Positions 1 through 14,179 are shown, counted from the stretch's first letter. The stretch: DNA of 64,000 bases from Leucoraja ocellata (GCA_036785375.1 JAWMAR010000071.1:1178001-1242000); one strand, 5' to 3'. A program made the numbers and translations. The notes: a model not told the origin generated them from the letters alone.

Positions 1-67
1 TTTACCCCCCAACCTTCCCTACCCTGGGACCCCATTGTACTCCCACCTAATTCCTCCCACCAGCCTG

Positions 68-1913
68 CAATAGTTTTTATAGATATGTGAAGAGAAAGAG
101 ATTAGTAAAAACAAATGTAGGTCCCTTACAGTCAGAAACAGGTGAATTGATCATTGGGAACAAGGACATGGCAGACCAATTGAATAACTACTTTGGTTCT
201 GTCTTCACTAAGGAAGACATAAATAATCTGCCGGAAATAGCAGGGGACCGGAGGTCAAGTGAGATGGAGGAACTTAGTGAAATCCAGGGTTACACAAAAA
301 AGTGGTGTTAGGTAAATTGAATGGATTAAAGGCCGATAAATTCCCAGGGCCGGATAGGCTGCATCCCAGAGTACTTAAGGAAGTAGCCCCAGAAATAGTG
401 GATGTATTTGTGATAATTTTTCAAACTCTTTAGATTCTGGAGTAGTTCCTGAGGATTGGAGGGTAGATAATGTAACCCCACTTTTTAAAAAGGGACGGAG
501 AGAGAAAACGGGGAATTACAGACCAGTTAGTCTAACATAGGTAGTGGGGAAACTGCTAGAATCAGTTATTAAAGATGGGATAGCAGCACATTTGGAAAGT
601 GGTGAAATCATTGGACAAAGTCATCATTGATTTATGAAAGGTAAATCATGTCTGACGAATGTTATAGAATTTTCCGAGGATGTAACTAGTAGAGTGGATA
701 AGGGAGAACTAGTGGATGTGGTGTATCTGGACTTCCAGAAGGCTTTCGACAAGGTCCCACATATGAGATTAGTATACAAACTTAAAGCACATGGTATTGG
801 GGGTTCAGTATTGATGTGGATAGAGAACTGGCTGGCAGACAGGAAGCAAAGAGTAGGAGTAAACGGGTCCTTTTCACAATGGCATGCAGTGACTAGTGGG
901 GTACCGCAAGGCTCAGACCCCAGCTATTTACAATATATATTAATGATTTGGACGAGGGAATTGAATGCAACATCTAAAGGTTTGCAGATGACACGAAGCT
1001 GGGGGACAGTGTTAGCTGTGAGGAGGATGCTAGGAGGCTGCAAGGTGACTTGGATAGGCTGGGTGAGTGGGCAAAAACATGGCAGATGCAGTATAATGTG
1101 GATAAATGTGAGGTTATCCACTTTGGTGGCAAAAACAGGAAAGTAGACTATTATCTGAATGGTGGCTGATTAGGAAAAGGGGAGATGCAACGAGACTTGG
1201 GTGTCATGGTACACCAGTCACTAAAAATAGGCATGCAGGTGTAGCAGGCAGTGAAGAAAGCGAATGGTATGTTAGCATTCATAGCAAAAGGTTTTGAGTA
1301 TAGGAGCAGGGAGGTTCTACTGCAGTTGTACAGGGGCTTGGTGAGACCACACCTGGAGTATTGCGTACAGGTTTAGTCTCCTAATCTGAGGAAAGACATT
1401 CTTGCCATAGAGGGAGTACAGAGAAGGTTCACCAGACTGATTCCTGGGATGTCAGGACTTTCATATGAAGAAAGACTGGATAGACTCGGCTTGTACTCGC
1501 TAGAATTTAGAAGATTGAGGGGGGATCTTATAGAAACTTACAAAATTCTTAAGGGGTTGGACAGGCTAGATGCAGGAAGATTGTTCCCGATGTTGGGGAA
1601 GTCCAGAACAAGGGGTCACAGTTTAAGGATAAGGGGGAAATCTTTTAGGACCGAGATGAGGAAAACATTTTTCACACGGAGTGGTGAATCTCTGGAAATC
1701 TCTGCCACAGAAGGTAGCTGAGGCCAGTTCATTGGCTATATTTAAGAGGGAGTTAGATGTGGCCCTTGTGGCTAAAGGGATCAGGGGGTATGGAGAGAAG
1801 GCAGGTACAGGATACCGATTTTGATGATCAGCCATGATCATATTGAATGGCGGTGCAGACTCGAAGGGCCGAATGGCCTACTCCTGCACCTATTTTCCAT
1901 GTTTCTATGTTTC
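68..1913 (+). mobile_element. CR1-clade LINE (HER1-like), 5'-truncated, ORF2 RT region disrupted
   Basis: Translations [66 protein letters not shown], with stops and frameshifts. 3' UTR stem GGTGCAG...CTGCACC and (ATGTTTCT)n tail. Confidence 0.96.
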
Positions 1914-2065
1914 CCTCTCAACCCCATTCTCCTGCCTTCTCCCCGTAACCTTTGACACACTAATCAAGAACCTGTTAAGTTCCACGTTAAAAAGACAGGG
2001 GCTCCATAGCTGCCTATGGCATATGTTTCTAAGAGTTAAGCAAAATGCAGCATTTAATTGGTATC

Positions 2066-2370
2066 TTTAGTTTAAAGACGCAGCACGGAAACAGGTCCTT
2101 CAGCCCACCGGGTCTGTGCCGACCAGCGATCCCTGAATATTAACGCTCTCCTACACACACTAGGGGCAATTTTTACATTTACTAAGCCAATTAACCTACA
2201 TACCTGTACGTCTTTGAAGTGTGGGAGGAAACCAAAGATCTCTGAAAAAACCTGCGCAGGTCACAGGAAGAACGTTTAAACGCTGTACAGACAGCACCCA
2301 TAGTCGGGATCGAACCCGGGTCTCCAGCGCTGCATTCGCTGTAAGGCAGCAACTCTACCACTGTGCCACC
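2066..2370 (-). mobile_element. tRNA-derived V-SINE (HE1-like)
   Basis: Minus strand starts GGTGGCACAGTGGTAG (A box) and has GGTTCGATCC (B box), a V-domain-like core, a CR1-like 3' end and a CTAAA tail. Confidence 0.9.
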
Positions 2371-3392
2371 GGCTTGCCTGATGAATTTTAATGAGGTCCA
2401 TGGAACACATCATCATCATTTCAACAAGCCATTGGAATTGAGTCTATGTTGTTGTGCAAGGTCAACAAGCTCCATTGCATCCTAGCAGTCTCATACTTGG
2501 ACGTTGTTATCTTGGTGTTGTGGCTTGGGAACAGCAACATGATAATACAGCTGAACAAGGTAGATGGTATAATGACGGGGAATCCTATTGATTGGAAGGA
2601 AATATTAATGGCTGAATAGCCCAAAAGCATTAACAGTATTGCTCCTGAGAGACTCTACATTAGCAAAGTCTCATTAACATCAAGAGGCTACACAACCACC
2701 AAAAGAGTAACATGATCAAACCAGCAATATCAGGAGGAACAGCAACAACAACAGGAACCAAGAGAATGAGGTTAGTCACTAATGTATCTAAGAACAAAGA
2801 AAAGCTTACTGGCAACCAGATTTGTTTTTACCATAATACCATTAAAACCATGAAATAACCCTAGTTCTCAGCAAGGATCATATATTTCTGTCGCTGCTTT
2901 AGAATTGTAGAATTGTAGAATTGCACAGTGCAGAAACGGGGCCTTTTACTCACTCCATCCATGCCTTCTTTATCTACAGTAATAAAACATTCTGTGTTGT
3001 CTCACAGGAGAGGCAGCTAACTTTAGTTGCTGACCCACCTGAGGATACCTGAGAACATACTAGGTAACCAAAGGACTGGTTAAAGAGGTAGACTTTAAAC
3101 AACATTTTAAAGAGATTTCAGGAGGGCATTTTAAAAATCTGTTTTCTCAGCTAAGAGCGCACCCATGGATTGTGGAACAATTAAAATTGATGATGTGATC
3201 TGCATTGGTGCAGAGACAATTGTCAGGGCCTCTATGAAAGTATGAACAGTGGATTGCCAAATACAACATTAATGGGCTTAAGAGACAGAGGAAAGAACCC
3301 AGTCAATCAGGACAGGAATTTGATGCAGAATCTAGTCCTGGTGTGTTTTTGCTTCCTTAGCGCCTTTTAAAATTGTACGGAAGTAAGGGTGA

Positions 3393-3860
3393 ACCCTTTG
3401 GCCCAACTTGTCCATGCTGACCAAGATACCACTGCTGCACTTGAACCACATTTGGCCTACATCCCTCTAAGCTTTTCCTAGCCAGGTGCCTGTTCAAATC
3501 TGTTTTTAAATGGTGAGATAGTTTAAATCCTCAACTATCTCCCCTGGTAGTTTATTCCAAATATTCTTTGTGAAAAAGATGCTCCTCAAGATTCTATTAC
3601 ATTTTTCTATTAATATAAAAAGACCAATATGGCAAAAGTCTTTTTGATCACACTATCTACCTATGATGCCACTTTCAGGGAACTATGCATATGCACTCCT
3701 AGATCCCTCTTTGATACAACTCTCCCCTGGGCTCTCTCTGCCATTCAATGTGGCACCATGGCACAGGGATTAGTAACCTGAGGCACACCGCTAGACACAG
3801 GCCTCAAGTTCGAAAAACAAACCTTCCACCATCATTCTCTACTTCATTCCTTGAAGCCAA
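3393..3860 (-). mobile_element. Old degenerate CR1 3' fragment
   Basis: CCCTTTGGCCCAACTTGTCCATGCTGACC...CCTCAACT matches the reverse complement of other CR1 3' ends in the window. Confidence 0.65.
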
Positions 3861-4349
3861 TTCTCTATCCAGCTGGCTATTCTTCCATTTAAAACTGGGT
3901 ATACTGGGGGGAAGCTCTTGACTATCCTTTATTTTCACGTATTGTACTCTGATGTGTTCATCAGAGACATGATATTAATACTTGTCAGGCTCCATTTATC
4001 AACAATAATACAATTAAGAATACCAACCTAATGAGGATTAACTCCAGATCTTTGGTGAATGATCCCACCCTCTAATTACCTATATCCAGTGGGGGGGGTT
4101 CTGATGGTATTTGTACCAGCACCTATAAGAAATAAAATACTAGACTTTCAACTTTTTAGAGTTTTAATTTGATTTTATAGTTTTTAGTTATTAGCTTCAA
4201 TGTTGACTGGTCACAAAATATGCATGCTGGCTCAATTTTGGCTTAGAAAAATGCATCGTCATTATTTCATAATAATTTGGGATTACTTCCATTCTCCAGA
4301 AGCTTAGCTGGTTTAATTAGGAAGCAACAAAAAACAAAATACTGGAAAT

Positions 4350-4472
4350 CAAACAAACTGCATCTGCTGGAAATCTAAAGTAATTACATGATGGAAGTAC
4401 TCAGCAGATCAGGCTGCATCGGTGGAAGGTAAAACAGAGTTGGCGTTTCAGGTTGAAGACCCTTTATCAGAA
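4350..4472 (-). mobile_element. Penelope-like terminal repeat with degenerate hammerhead core
   Basis: Minus strand reads CTGATAAAGGGTCTTCAACCTGAAACGCC followed by the family tail (GATGCAGCC...CTGAGTACTTCCA). Confidence 0.7.
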
Positions 4473-6954
4473 CAGAAATACTGGTTTAAGTTTAAGTTTA
4501 TTATTGTCAGGTGCACTAAGCTGGTAGGTCCATTTGAAGCTGCCCTTTTGCCTTAATTGAGGTATGGACCTACTCTGAATTTCAAGACCTCCACAAAAGG
4601 TTATTACTTTGAGAAGATCTCTCAGGATTTGACTATGGATGATGTTAGTTCATTTGAGTATTTGGAGTTTGTTTTGCAATTATCTACCAGCACCAAATAT
4701 ATGTAACAACACTGTCTGATAAGAACATTTGGGGTTTTTGGGTTAGAAATTTATCGCTAAAATGCCTAAACGCCATCATGGCATGGAGAAAAATTGCATT
4801 AGTGCAGCATGCACAATTTTCTGAGTAAGTTAATATCAGTAGTTAATAAGACAAACAAAAACTGTTTTAGATAAAGAAATTGTACTGCTTTTATTGACTC
4901 TTTAGTTAAAAATATTTATTTTTGCAGAGTTCTTGAACGATTAATTTATAATTAATAAATAAAGTAATGATTATTTTTTCTCCAAACTGAGTCGTTTTTT
5001 TAACTAGTCAACAGGAAAACATATATTGAGGTCAAATATTGACCCATTAAATGAAAAACTGTTTTCTAAGTATAAATTTGTGCAAAGCTAGAATGTGCTA
5101 AGATTTTGTCAAATGAAACCAGGTACCATCACAGGATGGTTATATACACTGAATAGTATTATACCCTCTTTCAATATCTCCTTTATCACTAAGGCAAGCA
5201 GGGGTTATCAATAGATACAAGACTATCAATCAATCCATGGATGTTTCAGACATGAAATGCCTGCTGATCAGAGGAATGTTAGTTGGATCAGTTTTACACT
5301 ATCAGGACACAAACAGTGATCAGAAAAATCCATTGAACCTTTTATTATTTACTTGGCCAAACTTTTCCACTGGAAAAAAAAGTACTGACAGTTCATTCAT
5401 CGTGTGCAGTTTTGGAGTAAGATGGGATTTTTTCTGGTTGTGACCCACCCCATTGATGCTGCAAGATTTCTGGTCCCCTACTGTGAGAATCCTGTTATTG
5501 CTCTGTTTTCTGTGGAAGAATTTTAGCGCCCAGCTGCAAATGTTATTTTTAAGTTTATTGGAAAAATACCAGAGGAATATTTTGTCACGAATATATCCTT
5601 TTTGAAACTCTCTGGCTGTCCACAAACATTGCTTGATGCATTTAATTTGTTTTGACATAATTAAACTCAATTACTTATATTAAACAATGGTGTCCAAGTT
5701 ATAAAGAAGAAAACAATTTGAGATAAATCCCCATCACAAATGATTGGTGCAAAATTGTACTGAATAGCATTTAATCATTGTAGCATTTTTAAACTTCAGA
5801 GCAGAAGATGAATGAATTGATATAAAGATGGTCAGAGCTTACAAAATCTAGAAAGAGGCTATCAAAATCTGTTTTTAATCACAAAGAAAAGTAATGATGA
5901 ATCTTAAGGAAACTGGTCTCTTCTTATTCTACATTATTTGTTAAGTGAACAACTTTGACCATATTTTATGGACAATATCCTTACTTTCAATTAAATACAA
6001 CACCGATGCTTTTCATTACATCAGTCAAAAAGTAATGAAAAGCAATTCCTTTCAATCAAGATTGGGATAAAAAGCAATGCGCAAAATAATCTGGTTGACT
6101 TCAATGTTATTGTCTCCCCCCAGAACTCTAAATGCTAACCAAAAACAAAATCTACAAACCAATGGCATGAACATTGAATTTTCAAACTGCAGTTAAACCA
6201 CCCACTTTCTCTCGCTTCATGTCTATCCTGCTCCTTAACTTCTGTTAACTGTCTCAGTGAGGTCCAGCTGCATCCGGGGGCACTTTCTCCACCGCCCAGC
6301 CTTCTGGGTAAGCACCACCGCCATTGCTGTCTTGTTTCTGATGTAAACTTGAGTGATTGCACAGTGTTGTGAAAATTACAACCTGTCTTGATTGCACTAG
6401 GGATTGAGTACAGAATTGTTTGTGTGAGTTTACATAAGTTGCCTATTTACAAAATTCGGGGAGTGTTTGTATATCGTTTCTTATCAATTATTATCATTAT
6501 ATTTAACCCTAATCATTAAAAAATCAGTCATAAAAGTTTTAGTAATAAAAGTTCTATTAAATTCAACAAGCACAAAATTCTCTGCAGCATTTTAATATTC
6601 TAGTATTGTGATAAATTAATGGTTTCACCAGAATCTCACTGCATCAGTTCCTCATAATGCTTTCTACGGGAGCAAAGAGCCCCTTACCGATATACCAATT
6701 AACATCCCTCTAACTCAAGCTATCGCTGCTCTGTCAGTGGGATGGTCTTTATTCCATTTGCATGGACATTAGTTCCTCTGTTACAGGCATGGAGTCAGAC
6801 ACATGTTTAAAGCAGATGTGAAGATGCCTAACTAGATACTTTTAAAGTCCCACAGTAGAAACATGTCAGAGAACTGGTGACAGGCCAAGGATTTGCCCAG
6901 ATCATTTACTTTCAACAGTCCCATGAGTCACCAAGCAAAGTTAGAACATGAAAT

Positions 6955-7160
6955 AAAAATGAAACTGCTGGAAATACTCAGCAGCTCAGGAAGCATTCTG
7001 CAGTGAGAGATAAAGGTGCAACAGTTTAAGTCAATGACTGATGAAAATTCATTGTCCTGAAATATAACTTGTTTTCTCTCTCCACAGAATACTGTCTAAT
7101 TTGAGTATATACAGCACTTTCTGTTTTTATTTGAAACTTACAATATCTGTACTTTTGTGG
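6955..7160. mobile_element. Old inverted pair of Penelope-like terminal repeats
   Basis: GCTGGAAATACTCAGCAG arm and complementary TTGAGTATATACAGCA arm flank CTGATGA...GAAA at ~7038-7062. Confidence 0.6.
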
Positions 7161-7657
7161 ATTTTCAAAGTTAGGATATGGTTTGGGTTTGTATGATCCC
7201 ACAGTGTGTTCCAGGATCCAACAATGTATCCAGACTGCTCCTCCATCTTTGACACAGACAGCGAGTTTCTATATTTGAATTCATACTTAAGATTTGCAGG
7301 AAGTTCTCTGCTGTGACGTTCCTACCAATAATCATCTCTTCATTGGTATCATTAACAGAGGCATTTCTTAAGAGAGCTTCTTAAAAGAAAAGACTACATT
7401 ATAAACATTTTAAAGTTTCGATTTTTTGAGAAAAAGATCTGTTTGTTATTTTGAACAGAAATTGCAATGCAAAACTGAGGAAGAGATACATTGTCAAGGA
7501 CACTGTCAATGAAACTTTAAACCAAGGTCTTATCTGCTCTGCTGATGACCTAACTAATATAAATTCATCAATCAAGATTATTCATGAATTCTTGCTGTGT
7601 GCAAATGGGCATCCCCACTTACTGCATTATGACAGTGATTTGCTGCTCACTGACTGA

Positions 7658-7928
7658 AGGGCCTGTCCCACTTGCCGATTTTTTTGGCGACTGCCGGCAT
7701 CATTGACTGGCATATCAGGTCACCGAAAAAGTCGTGGCTTGATGCGGCATGACGCGGCATGATGCGACGTAACGCGCGCGGCGTGATGACGTATTGACAC
7801 ACACGGTGTTTCCTCAAGTGTCCCACATTTATTTTGTCGCCGCTGGATTTTGAAATGTTCTAAATCTTTTGGCGACCCTGATTTGACGCCGGCCGTTGCC
7901 GAATAAATCGCCAAGTGGGACAGGCCCT
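7658..7928. mobile_element. PIF/Harbinger-type MITE (271 bp)
   Basis: TIRs AGGGCCTGTCCCACTTG / CAAGTGGGACAGGCCCT; 3-bp TSD TGA at 7655-7657 and 7929-7931. Confidence 0.9.
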
Positions 7929-8084
7929 TGAAGAACTCCACTGGCATCCCAAAGTCACGCAAAGCACCATTGAAATGCATATTCATCTCTTTTGTTATTT
8001 TGTTTCTCCAATCACCATAGAATTTAGCCAGATTGCATTTAAGACTTGTGAGGTGTACCAGTGTCCAAAGATCTGCTCTGCTCC

Positions 8085-8655
8085 TGACCGCCTTAACCTG
8101 CAGAGAGTGGTGAGTACAGCCCAGTTCATCACAGACTCCTTCCTCACTTCCTTTCCTCCGGTACATCATCATGGTTCATTGTACCAGGAAGACTGAGAGT
8201 ATCATTAAAGATGCCTGCCAACCTGTCCATTCCCTTTTCACTCCTCCTGGAAGAAGATTCCAGAGCTTGAAAGCCCAGACATCCAGACTTAGTCATAGAG
8301 TTATACAGTGTGGAAACAGGCCCTTTGGCCCAACTTGCCCACACCGGCGACATGTCCCAACTACACTAGCCAACTACACTTAAGAGCAGCTTCTTCCCCA
8401 CTGCTATCACTCGCAAACCAATCTCCTGGTTGCCACATACTTTTACCTCCACCTCATTAAGTTATTCCTTTATTAAACATATTTTTGCAATACTTTGGAT
8501 GGTACTACAATCTTGCACCACTGCTGCAAATTATTTGTTGTTGTTTTTATCATGACTTTGTCTATACTATTTACTCAATGTGTTTCATGTGAATACAGAA
8601 CTTTATTGCACCCTGGTGTATAAGGCAATAAACCAGTCTGAATCTAAATCTGAAT
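8085..8655 (+). mobile_element. Rex1/Babar LINE 3' fragment with a nested CR1 3' end (~8292-8370, minus)
   Basis: LQRVVSTAQFIT, IIKDACQPVHSLF..PGRRFQSLKAQTSRL, SFFPTAI; AATAAA followed by a (TCTGAA)n tail. Confidence 0.8.
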
Positions 8656-9078
8656 CTCCTAATTGGTTTCTCTTTAAAATGTGATGTTGTGACTGCTTTA
8701 CCTTTAACTGATAAACAAATTTATAAAATTAAAGTGCCTGGCAAGGTCCTGCAATTTCCATAAAACTATTATTTTCTGCTGGAAAGACTTAAATCTCCCT
8801 TGAGCAGAAGGATTATAAATGATTTTCTTAAAGCTCTGAATGTCAAACTGAATACGATGTATTGGACAATTGCCCACAGGAATATCCAGCCAGTAAGTAC
8901 TAAAGTAGATGTTTGTTTAAATTAAAATCTCGTACAAGACCTAACTTAATCCTTCCAGACAGAGGAAATATTTTATCCAAATGAGAAATGTTAGTGATGC
9001 CAGCATGTCACAGATCTGCATCTGTTGTGAAAAAATACTTGGTGTCCCAACAGTAAGACCTGGTACATTGTATTAGGG

Positions 9079-9366
9079 TCATAGAGTAATGCCGTGTGGA
9101 AATAGGCTCTTCGGCCCAACTTGCCCACACAGACCAACATATCCCATCTACACTAGTCCCACCTGCCTGCATTGGGCCAATATCCCTCTAAACTTGTCGT
9201 CGACAGGAACCTGTCCAAATGTTTCTTAAACATTGAGACACTATCTGCCTCAACTACCTCCTCTGGCAGCTCATTCCATGCACCCACCACCCTTTGTGTG
9301 AAAAGGTTACCTCTGTTTCTTATTAAATCTTTCCCCCCTCACCTTAAACCTATGACCTCTGGTTCT
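9079..9366 (-). mobile_element. CR1 3' fragment (second subfamily)
   Basis: Antisense FTQRVVGAWNELPEEVVEA and the CR1 3' UTR. Confidence 0.85.
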
Positions 9367-9579
9367 ATTATTTTGTTTTATTTGTTGAGTTCCAATTTGC
9401 GTATTTTTAGATAATCAAACCCATGCTCTTAGAGAAAGCCTTCAGGATTATTTATCTTTTTTCCACATGTCTTTGGCCTCGAGTTCCCAAAGCCTTCTTC
9501 TTGGTGATAGACTCGCAGGGATTGCATGCTTCATAAGCCAGGATTGCCATTGGAAATAAAAATAATAATTTGGGATAAA

Positions 9580-9803
9580 GTACAGTGTTGAAGTAATTTA
9601 GCAGGTCAGTCAGCATCTATGAAAGAAGTAGATAGATGACATTTCAAGTCAGGACACTTCCTCAGACTGGAGTTTGCAGACTGAGGAATGGTTTCTATCC
9701 AAAGCATCAACTATCCATTTTTTCACTAGTTGTTGCCTGCCTCACTGAGTTTCTCCAGCACATTGTGTTTTACTCAAGATTTCAGCATCTACAGTTTCTT
9801 ATG
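9580..9803. mobile_element. Old inverted pair of Penelope-like terminal repeats
   Basis: CTTCCTCAGAC / CTGAGGAA back to back, with complementary arms GCAGGTCAGTCAGCATCT and CTGAGTTTCTCCAGCA. Confidence 0.65.
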
Positions 9804-9964
9804 ACCCCAGAATCATTTTGGAGGAGAGCTGTCTTTAATTTTATCTATTTGGAGAATAGAGATTGATGTTCTGAAATAAGGGAGTGGTTATTGACTGTTC
9901 ACCACGACCATGCTGCTGGCTGCTGCTTGTTCCACTTCCAGGTATGTTGAGTTGAGTCAGAGGG

Positions 9965-10522
9965 CCTGGAGTATTGTGTGCAGTTTTGGTCCCCTAATTT
10001 GAGGAAGGACATTCTTGCTATTGAAGGAGTGCAGCGTAGGTTTACAAGGTTAATTCCCGGGATGGCGAGACTGTCATATGCTGAGAGAATGGAGCAGCTG
10101 TAGTTGTATACTCTGGAGTTTAGAAGGATGAGAGGATATCTCATTGAAACATATAAGATTGTTAAGGGCTTGGACACACTAGAGGCAGGAAACATGTTCC
10201 CGATGTTAGTGGAGTCCAGAACCAGGGGCCACAGTTTAAGAATAATGAGTAAGCCATTTAGAATGGAGACGAGGAAAGACTTTTTCTCACAGAGAGTGGT
10301 GAGTCTGTGGAATTCTCTGCCTCGGGCGGTGGAGGCAGGTTCTCTGGATGCTTTCAAGAGAGAGCTAGATAGGGCTCTTAAAAATAGTGGAGTCAGGGGA
10401 TATGGGGAGAAGGCAGGAACGGGTTACTGATTGGGGATGATCAGCCATGATCACATTGAATGGCGGTGCTGGCTCGAAGGGCCAAATGGCCTACTCCTGC
10501 ACCTATTGTCTATTGTCTATTG
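9965..10522 (+). mobile_element. CR1 LINE 3' fragment
   Basis: LEYCVQFWSP...YTLEFRRMRGYLIETYKIVKG...SQRVVSLWNSLP; (TTGTCTA)n tail. Confidence 0.93.
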
Positions 10523-10975
10523 ACAATGGTTTAAGGTGAGGGGGGAAAGATTTAATAGGAACCTGAGGGGTAACCTTTTCACACAAAGGGTGGTGGGTGT
10601 ATGGAATGAGCTGCCAGAGGAGGTAGTTGAGCGGTGGCTGCACAAGCCTGGAGCAGTTCCAGCACAAGGAAGAACAGAAAGGTTGCCAAGAGTGGTGATC
10701 AGTCGGAGATTCCATATTGAAGGCGCATATTTGTTAGGGCATGATCCGGAAATAGAATGATAGTCATTTAGACCTAATTATGTCCTTCGGCTCAATTCGT
10801 CTATGCCGACCAAGATGCCCCTTCTAAGCTAATCACATTTACCCACATTTGGTCCATAATCATCTAAATCTTTCCTATCCACGTGCCTGTCCAAGTGTCT
10901 TTTAAATGCTGTTATATTATCTGCCTCAACTACCACCTCTGGCATCTCATTCCACATACCCACCACCCCCTGCGT
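10523..10975. mobile_element. Short CR1 fragments (+ at ~10523-10632, - at ~10760-10975)
   Basis: RGERFNRNLRGNLFTQRVVGVWNELPEEVVE on +; antisense CR1 3' UTR further on. Confidence 0.75.
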
Positions 10976-11733
10976 AAAGGCTGGCATGGCAAGGCACAAG
11001 ACAAGGCAATTATTTTCTGACTTTATCTCAATTCATTCATTTTTTTGTGTGTTTTGGCATTCCACTAAAGATAAATCAACTGGGTCTGTAACAAGCAGTA
11101 ACTGAGAAAAAAACATCAGGCGATAAAAACATTTTTTTTTAAATTTTTGTTAGTAATATAACAGCATGGAAAAGAAAGGATGCTTGATTGATCTTCAATG
11201 AATTGTGAATTGGTTCTGTAATAGAAGGCACTGGAGGGAAGGAGTTTGCATAGAAGGGAATCAACATTTGCTTTGATGTGATCGTACTTGTATCCAAATG
11301 AAGCTATAATTAAGTCTTCTACCTCCAGCCCATATATTCCTAGGTATATGCAACTAAAAGGAGAAAATGAATCCTTAAAAGTAAGGGTCAGATTTCACTT
11401 CAAGATGACGTCAGAACTTGGCAACTCCTTGTGTACTGGTCCCAGAGGAGGATCTATTATTTAACCCATATATCTGACCCCACTCTTTTAAATGGATTTT
11501 GTGTTTGGCTTGATTGCATTCAAGTTTAGTATTATCTGATTTAATTGGAGAGCGCACAAACAAAATCTTTCCACTATACCTCGGTACATATGACAATAAT
11601 AAACCTAAAAATAAGAAAGAGAGAAATATTGATTTACTTGTGAGATTCCCTCAGCCTGCCAATGAAATTCCACATTTTCCTTTTCCGATCACTAGCCCTG
11701 GTGATCAGCCTCAGTTCCTTCTGACTTGTCGCT

Positions 11734-11979
11734 GTTTAGTTTAGTTTAGTTTGGAGATGCAGCGTGGAAACAGCTCCTTCAGCCCACTAAGTCCGTGCTG
11801 ACCAAAGTTTACCCGTGCACTAGTTCTATCTTACACACTACGAACAATTTACAGAGGCCAATCAAACTATAAAACTGTACGTCTTTGAAATGTTGGGGGA
11901 AACCGGAGCACCCAGAGAAAACCCACGTGTTCCCAGGAAGAACATACAAACTGTATAGCAGCTCTACCGCTGCGCCACC
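11734..11979 (-). mobile_element. V-SINE (HE1-like), internally deleted
   Basis: (TTTAG)n tail on +, V-domain core and A-box head; the B-box segment is missing. Confidence 0.85.
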
Positions 11980-14179
11980 TTAGCTATATGCATTATCCTT
12001 CATTTAAGATTTGGGACAGGAACCAATCCTATCAGTGAGTGGGAGTCCCATTTTACTACAACTTGTGTAGGGTCCCCAAGTAGGGAATTTCAAACCAATG
12101 TATTATTGGCATTGTCATGGGTTTTGCTTGCTTTGGCTTCCTTCAATCACAAAGATAAGAAGGTAAATCTATTTATGCTCTATAACCCATTCTCCGCTGA
12201 GGCAATTGTGAAGTCATTAAAATATTTTTTTTAGTTTTGGTCTGCTGAAATAGGAGAAAGTGAAATTAATCAACTGCGGCCATCGTGACGGGTTGTGATT
12301 TTTGATTGCTATTGGAATAATCAATTAATATTAAAATTATGCCATCTGCAGAAATGTGTGAGTGGGTCGGGGGTCTCTGATATACATCAAGCACATGGCA
12401 ATCAAGAGTAAGATGCGATAAAATTATTTGCTTTGTACCGAGTGATACTACAAAGCCGTGGAGATAGTGCTGAAGTTATATAATGTCTCAATGAGAATAC
12501 TGTTAACTCTGTTCACTATTCCTGTCACTAAGGAATAGAATAAAAAGCAATTGAAGGGCTACAATGTAGGATGGCCACAAGGTGTCTGGAATTGCGAGTT
12601 ATTTTGCCCACACATTCACAATCCCCCAGATGCATCTGTGCTGGATGCAGATAGCCTATATTCCTGGTCTTCCACTCATTCAGATCAAGTGGAGTGCTCC
12701 AAACATCAAATGGGGCCAGTCCAGCATGATGTAGATGCTTGGCTCTTATAATCTCTTGACCAGCTTTCATGGCCAACAAAGCTGGGAATATCTATGAAAC
12801 ATGCAAGTGATTTTAGTGGATTTTATATGGCTTTGATATTTAAAAATAATGGAAATTGAGGTAAATAACTAATAAAATCATTCAAATAATAATATCACAT
12901 AAATCTTTGGTTCCTTCTAGTCTTTCCCCAGACTCTAATTGAAAAGCTACATAAACAAGAGAAATGAAAATACACTTTAAAGACACACGGATATTCAAAT
13001 TAATTTGAAGATTGAAAATAAGACATCCCTGACAAGCCTTTTATTCAGGATCTAAGCATCTCAGAATAGCGTAGCCTGGATGCAGAACATACCTGTACAC
13101 CTCAAGTGTTTAAATACGGCTGCGAATTACAATCCTCTCTGCAATTTGCTACCCAAACATAAATATTTCAGCTTGGAACTGAAATATCTGTTCATATTCA
13201 GATATATGAATCTGTTAAGGTAGATCTAAACGTTGATTGAAGTGCAGTGTATATCATAGTGAAGTGTGTCTTGAATGAATTAATATTTTGAATGGTTGGA
13301 ACTGAAACCAATTTGATTCATAAATTTATTGTGGGCCACCAAATATCACCTAATACCCTGCAGAAGGTTGCTAATGTCAAAAGCCTGACCTAAAAGTTAC
13401 TATTACTGATTATTAAAACAATTAAAATTCAGCATTTCTCTGTGAACTACTCATATAAATATTGAATCATTAATCTTCCATAAGCATTTTCTAATGCATT
13501 TACAGAAATTTCTGTAATATTTGTGAAAGGACAGTTTTACAGGTACATGTATATCGAGCAGATTTCAATCCAGTTCATAATTTCATAAATTCATCAGACA
13601 TAGGAGCAGAATTAGGCCATTCAAATCATTGTCTCTGCTCTGCAATTTGATCATGGCGGATCTACTTTTCCCTCCCAACGCCATTCTCCTCCCCTTGCTA
13701 CCCTTTATCTTCTCAGGCTGTCCCTCAGGATTGAGGATGACTTGCTTCCACTCACCCTTACAATTACGTTAAAAGTTCCACGAAGATGGTGACTTTCATT
13801 GCTAGGTTCCCAGAAAGGTATTGTTTGGGTTTCCCCATTTAAAGATGTGCAGTGTCAGTTTCAACTATGTTAGTCTACTGCAAGATTTCACAGCTGCAGG
13901 CACTTAAACCAACAGTCAGCCCTCAAAGGAACGTATACACTTTACAAGTGGAATACTTTCAGCTACTGGGGACTGCTGGTTCATCAATAATGGACACTGT
14001 AAAGATGGATAAGATGCTACTGGTACAGCAACCTGGATAGGTGAACAGTACCTGGGGAGAAGGTGGGGAGGGGGGGAGGGGAGGGGGGAGGTGAGATAGG
14101 GTTTATTTGTGTTAATGGGCCACAGATAGTCTCTATAGTCACCAATAGCAAAGGATGCTGCAATTTCTCCATATGAAAT

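Noticed and set aside
68-1913. Active autonomous CR1
   Set aside because: 5'-truncated, lacks ORF1 and the endonuclease domain, and has several stops and frameshifts.
2290-2370. tRNA gene
   Set aside because: The A and B boxes belong to the SINE head, which runs straight into the V-domain; no full cloverleaf.
5320-5670. 116-aa minus-strand ORF
   Set aside because: No recognisable domain or splice context; composition fits a chance ORF in AT-rich DNA.
12550-12770. Possible decayed Harbinger transposase fragment
   Set aside because: Only a vague GFHS-like resemblance; cannot be supported without a profile search.
14054-14091. G-rich tract with G-quadruplex potential
   Set aside because: Low-complexity run with no supporting context.
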